Shown here piece by piece: positions 61,286 through 64,000 of a stretch of DNA of 64,000 nucleotides (within the stretch, counting starts at the first letter, position 1; the number at the start of each line of letters is the position of its first letter). Source of the stretch: an uncultured virus (IMG/VR IMGVR_UViG_3300023105_000021). Taxonomy: Duplodnaviria > Heunggongvirae > Uroviricota > Caudoviricetes. The DNA lies in IMG/VR virus record IMGVR_UViG_3300023105_000021, one strand, 5' to 3'. A model generated the notes under the pieces. The model made no database searches. It was not told the DNA's origin and saw nothing but the letters and a program-made list of their open reading frames with translations. Both the position numbers and the translations under genes were made by a program.

Positions 61286-61391
61286 AATTATCTCCTTTGT
61301 TTAATCATTGCCGTTCTAGGGTCTACGCGGTGAGTTTCCGCATAAGTCCTCAATAGAGGCTCCTATATGACAATAGTATTTATCCAAAGAG

Positions 61392-61418
61392 AAAAAAGCC
61401 CGCACAGTGGCGGGCTCT
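61392..61418 (-). terminator. Rho-independent terminator after the candidate ncRNA
   Basis: Minus strand AGAGCCCGC-CACTGT-GCGGGCTTTTTT; no CDS lies immediately upstream. Confidence 0.85.
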
Positions 61419-61422
61419 AAGA

Positions 61423-61639
61423 ATAAGCAAAATAGGTAGGACTCGGTTACACCTACAAGCCGCGGACCAAATACCATTTCATCTCCGCAACAACCTGCTT
61501 CCGCTCGGTAGAGCGATGTGACACTGCCTGTTTCCAGTACAACGCCTGGGTACCACCCCTAAGCAGTCAAGTTCGACGCTCTGGTAAACGCCTCTTCCTT
61601 GCACTATAAACATTGACTAGCTAAGTCTTTGTTGCTTAT
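61423..61639 (-). ncRNA. Candidate structured non-coding RNA (~217 nt)
   Basis: GC-rich island with paired ends (AUAAGCAA/UUGCUUAU), at least 6 internal stems, upstream sigma70-like promoter and downstream terminator. Confidence 0.7.
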
Positions 61640-61645
61640 GTTATT

Positions 61646-61673
61646 AATATAACATCTTTATAGTAAAAGTCAA
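61646..61673 (-). promoter_or_regulatory. sigma70-like promoter for the candidate ncRNA
   Basis: TTGACT-16 nt-TATATT with a TG extended -10. Confidence 0.65.
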
Positions 61674-61755
61674 CCACTTTTTATAGAAAATTAATGATTT
61701 TCTGCAAGATTTTTTTTAAAAAGTGTGTTTAAATAATAGTTGAAAGGAGAGCATT

Positions 61756-61827
61756 ATGTGGACAAAACCTAGCTATACTGAAATGCGTTTTGGCTTTGAA
61801 GTTACAATGTATGTAATGAACAAGTAA
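61756..61827 (+). CDS. pqqA: Pyrroloquinoline quinone precursor peptide PqqA
   Basis: Manual translation MWTKPSYTEMRFGFEVTMYVMNK*; W.KP leader and E-x-x-x-Y core (EVTMY); AAGGAG RBS at 61744-61749. Confidence 0.92.
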   Translation: MWTKPSYTEMRFGFEVTMYVMNK

Positions 61828-61837
61828 AAATGTAGTC

Positions 61838-61865
61838 AAAAAAATAGGCCCCGTAGGGCCTATTT
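61838..61865. terminator. Terminator between convergent gp23 and pqqA, probably bidirectional
   Basis: aaaaaaataggccc-cgta-gggcctattt. Confidence 0.8.
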
Positions 61866-61886
61866 CTAGTTTTTTACAACTATAAC

Positions 61887-63062
61887 TTAGCTAAATGTTA
61901 CGCCTGCGGCGATATCAACTTTACCTAAGTAGTCAGCTGCGTTACCTAGTGATGACGCAGTGTTTGTAAGCTCAACATAACCATAACGTGTCATAAATGA
62001 TACTGTTGGTTCGAATGTTGATGGATCTAGTACAACACCTGAGCTCATTAGTGGGATATATGGGCAGTAGAACGCTGCTGCGTCTGACTCGCTTGATCCT
62101 TTATAACCAATAAGAACTGGTGCAGTATCTGATGCATATGTGTTAACATATACTTTCATTGCGTTGTTCAATGTACCAACCATTTTTGTGTTAGTTGGTG
62201 CTTCGAATGTACCTTCTGTTGTACGAGCGAACGCTGAAGTAGTTGCTGACTGTAGGATTGTTAGCGCGAATGGGCTAACAACTGCCCAGTTACCAGCACC
62301 ACGTCTTGTACGCTGTGCAATCAAGTTTGATACTCTGTTGATTTGAACTGCTAGTGCAGCATGTTCGTCACCAACAAAAGTAGCTGTACCTGAAACGGCT
62401 GTTTGATCATAAGTTTCAGTAGCAGCGCCTGCTAGTGAACTTAGTGAGCCTAGTACTTCTTGGTCGATTTCAGCAGTAATCTCTTGAGCAAGTGCTGCCA
62501 TGATTTCTGCTTCAACGTCAATACCGTGCTGTGATTGAGCATCTTGTGCCGCTTCGAATGTCCAGCGAGCTGATAGCTTTCTGGTTTTCGCTTCGACAGT
62601 TTGTTTCAAGATTTGGATTGACATTCTGTTACCAGCCTGTCCTTCAAGTGCTGCTGTTGCCGCTGCGCGGTCAGTTGCTGCATCACCTGAATATCCTTCT
62701 GCAATCTTGAACGGTGATAGTGCTTCTTCACCAGCAGTAGCTGAAGTGCCACCTGTGCTAGTAAAGTCGTCGCTATAACGTACTCTTAGTGTGTGGATTT
62801 GACCCACTGGACCTGTCATTGGCTGAACACCAACCAACTCGTTTGCAATAACGGTTGGCATAACACGTCTGATAACTGGTAGGATAACTCTGTTTAGAGT
62901 TGCTACATTACCGGCAGAAGTTGCACCAGCTGTTGCTGATTCTGAAAGATACTTACGAGTATTTTCTAGAGTCGCTTCCATAACAGCTTTCTTGTTGCCT
63001 TTTAGGCCTTCAACAAGTGCAGTCTTAGTGTCCTGCCAGCGACTTTCTAATAGTTCTGACAT
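61887..63062 (-). CDS. gp23: Major capsid protein (gp23-like)
   Basis: LPVIRRVMP..IANELVGVQPMTGPVGQI, VEAKTRKLSARWT.E.AQD, EIDQE, FYCPYIPL, FMTRYG. Confidence 0.97.
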   Translation of the reverse strand: MSELLESRWQDTKTALVEGLKGNKKAVMEATLENTRKYLSESATAGATSAGNVATLNRVILPVIRRVMPTVIANELVGVQPMTGPVGQIHTLRVRYSDDFTSTGGTSATAGEEALSPFKIAEGYSGDAATDRAAATAALEGQAGNRMSIQILKQTVEAKTRKLSARWTFEAAQDAQSQHGIDVEAEIMAALAQEITAEIDQEVLGSLSSLAGAATETYDQTAVSGTATFVGDEHAALAVQINRVSNLIAQRTRRGAGNWAVVSPFALTILQSATTSAFARTTEGTFEAPTNTKMVGTLNNAMKVYVNTYASDTAPVLIGYKGSSESDAAAFYCPYIPLMSSGVVLDPSTFEPTVSFMTRYGYVELTNTASSLGNAADYLGKVDIAAGVTFS

Positions 63063-63078
63063 TTTGATTTCTCCTATA

Positions 63079-64000
63079 TTATAATCCAGCTAGACGCTTA
63101 ATGTCAATGACATTACCGTCTGCGCCTGCTTGTGAACTAACGTTAGTTTGCGAATATTCGCGGTTGCCTGTAACTTCTTTGCCTTCTGCTAAAACTGCCT
63201 TCTTCTTAGCCGGAGTATTACCGTCGATTACCGCCGGTAGGTATTTGTCAAACGCAGACTGAAGTCTGTCTGTTTGTACTGATTCCAGTAAGTCTGTCAT
63301 AATTTCACGTTGAGCTTTGCCTAATGGCGCAACTAAATCGTTCAATTTCTTTTCTCTCTTTGCAGATTCAATTAATACAGCTTTTTCTTTTACTGCTGAC
63401 TCTGCAAGCACTTTTGCTTTGACAGCTAACGCTTTATTTTCATTGATCTGTTTATCTTTAGTTTCAATAACTTTCAATAATTTTGCAGTCTCTGATTTTT
63501 CGTTTAAGTAGCTGTTTGCATATTCTGAAGCAAAAGCTTCGAATACTTTACGACCGAAGTCGTTTTTACGTGCTGCTTCAATGTCATCTTTAAGTTGACT
63601 AATTTCTTTATTAAGATTTTTACCAACTGTTTCTGACACCAAGTTTGCACTTTTAGCAACAAATTCTTTTTGAACTGCTGCAAATTTTTCTTTGGCTTCG
63701 CGTACAAGACGTACTTTAGTTTCAGCCAAGTCTTTTTTATCTTCGTAAAACTCTGCAATTTCTTTTGCAAGTGCTTCTACCACAAATTCTTCAAGTTGTG
63801 TGAACTTTTGTGCTACTGCTTTTTGATCTTCGTGAAGTTCGCTAACTTCTTTCTTTAGCGATTCTAATACAAAGTTTTTAAGTAGAGTTGCATTTTCACG
63901 TTGTGCAACAGCATATTTTGCTTTTGCTTCAGCTAGACCTTTACGATCTTCTGCAAACTCTGCAAGCTCTGAACTAAGACGCTCTTCTAATAGCTTGTCA
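63079..64000 (-). CDS. gp22: Prohead core scaffold protein (gp22-like), 5' end beyond window
   Basis: Frame stays open to the window edge (DKLLEERLSSELAEFAEDRK...); Glu/Lys coiled coil; directly upstream of gp23. Confidence 0.75.
   Translation of the reverse strand, partial: DKLLEERLSSELAEFAEDRKGLAEAKAKYAVAQRENATLLKNFVLESLKKEVSELHEDQKAVAQKFTQLEEFVVEALAKEIAEFYEDKKDLAETKVRLVREAKEKFAAVQKEFVAKSANLVSETVGKNLNKEISQLKDDIEAARKNDFGRKVFEAFASEYANSYLNEKSETAKLLKVIETKDKQINENKALAVKAKVLAESAVKEKAVLIESAKREKKLNDLVAPLGKAQREIMTDLLESVQTDRLQSAFDKYLPAVIDGNTPAKKKAVLAEGKEVTGNREYSQTNVSSQAGADGNVIDIKRLAGL

Noticed and set aside
61423..61639. RNase P RNA, tmRNA or tRNA identity for the structured RNA
   Set aside because: A few short RNase P-like words occur on the plus strand, but the GAGGAAAGUCC and ACAGAA.CCGGC signatures, a cloverleaf and a CCA-type end are absent.
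618..63858. Many short ORFs in the track lying antisense to, or in alternative frames within, long genes (e.g. 618..929, 7511..7909, 26394..26885, 62140..62346)
   Set aside because: Shadow ORFs of well-supported genes, with no RBS or recognisable motifs.
1..64000. Stop-codon reassignment, introns or inteins
   Set aside because: Genes tile densely in the standard code with TAA, TAG and TGA all used as stops; gp17, gp18 and gp23 show no visible intein or intron motifs.

Overview
AT-rich segment of a large T4-like (contractile-tail) phage genome, covering most of the virion morphogenesis region, mostly on the minus strand. Core genes: terminase large subunit (gp17, cut by the left edge) and probable small subunit, head-completion nuclease gp4, tail tube gp19, sheath gp18, neck/tail-completion gp13/14/15, major capsid gp23 and prohead scaffold gp22 (cut by the right edge). 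About 36 kb encode tail-fibre/appendage proteins, including two paralogous pairs of giant repeat proteins (3740/2616 aa and 1577/1679 aa). Main points of interest: (1) a 23-aa PqqA (PQQ precursor peptide) gene missed by the ORF track, with its own RBS, late-type promoter and terminator, next to the capsid gene; (2) an ADP-heptose synthesis operon (hldE-hldD-cupin-gmhB) converging on a GT9-like glycosyltransferase, a carbamoyltransferase and a 2OG-Fe oxygenase beside Ser/Thr-rich tail fibres; (3) about 10 tandem phycobiliprotein-like repeats, 8 keeping the C-x-R-D motif, inside the 3740-aa protein; (4) a ~217-nt highly structured candidate ncRNA and two structured 5' leaders; (5) a repeated TAAATA-N4/5-ATG layout suggesting leaderless late mRNAs. 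All calls come from motif recognition by eye; no database searches were run.
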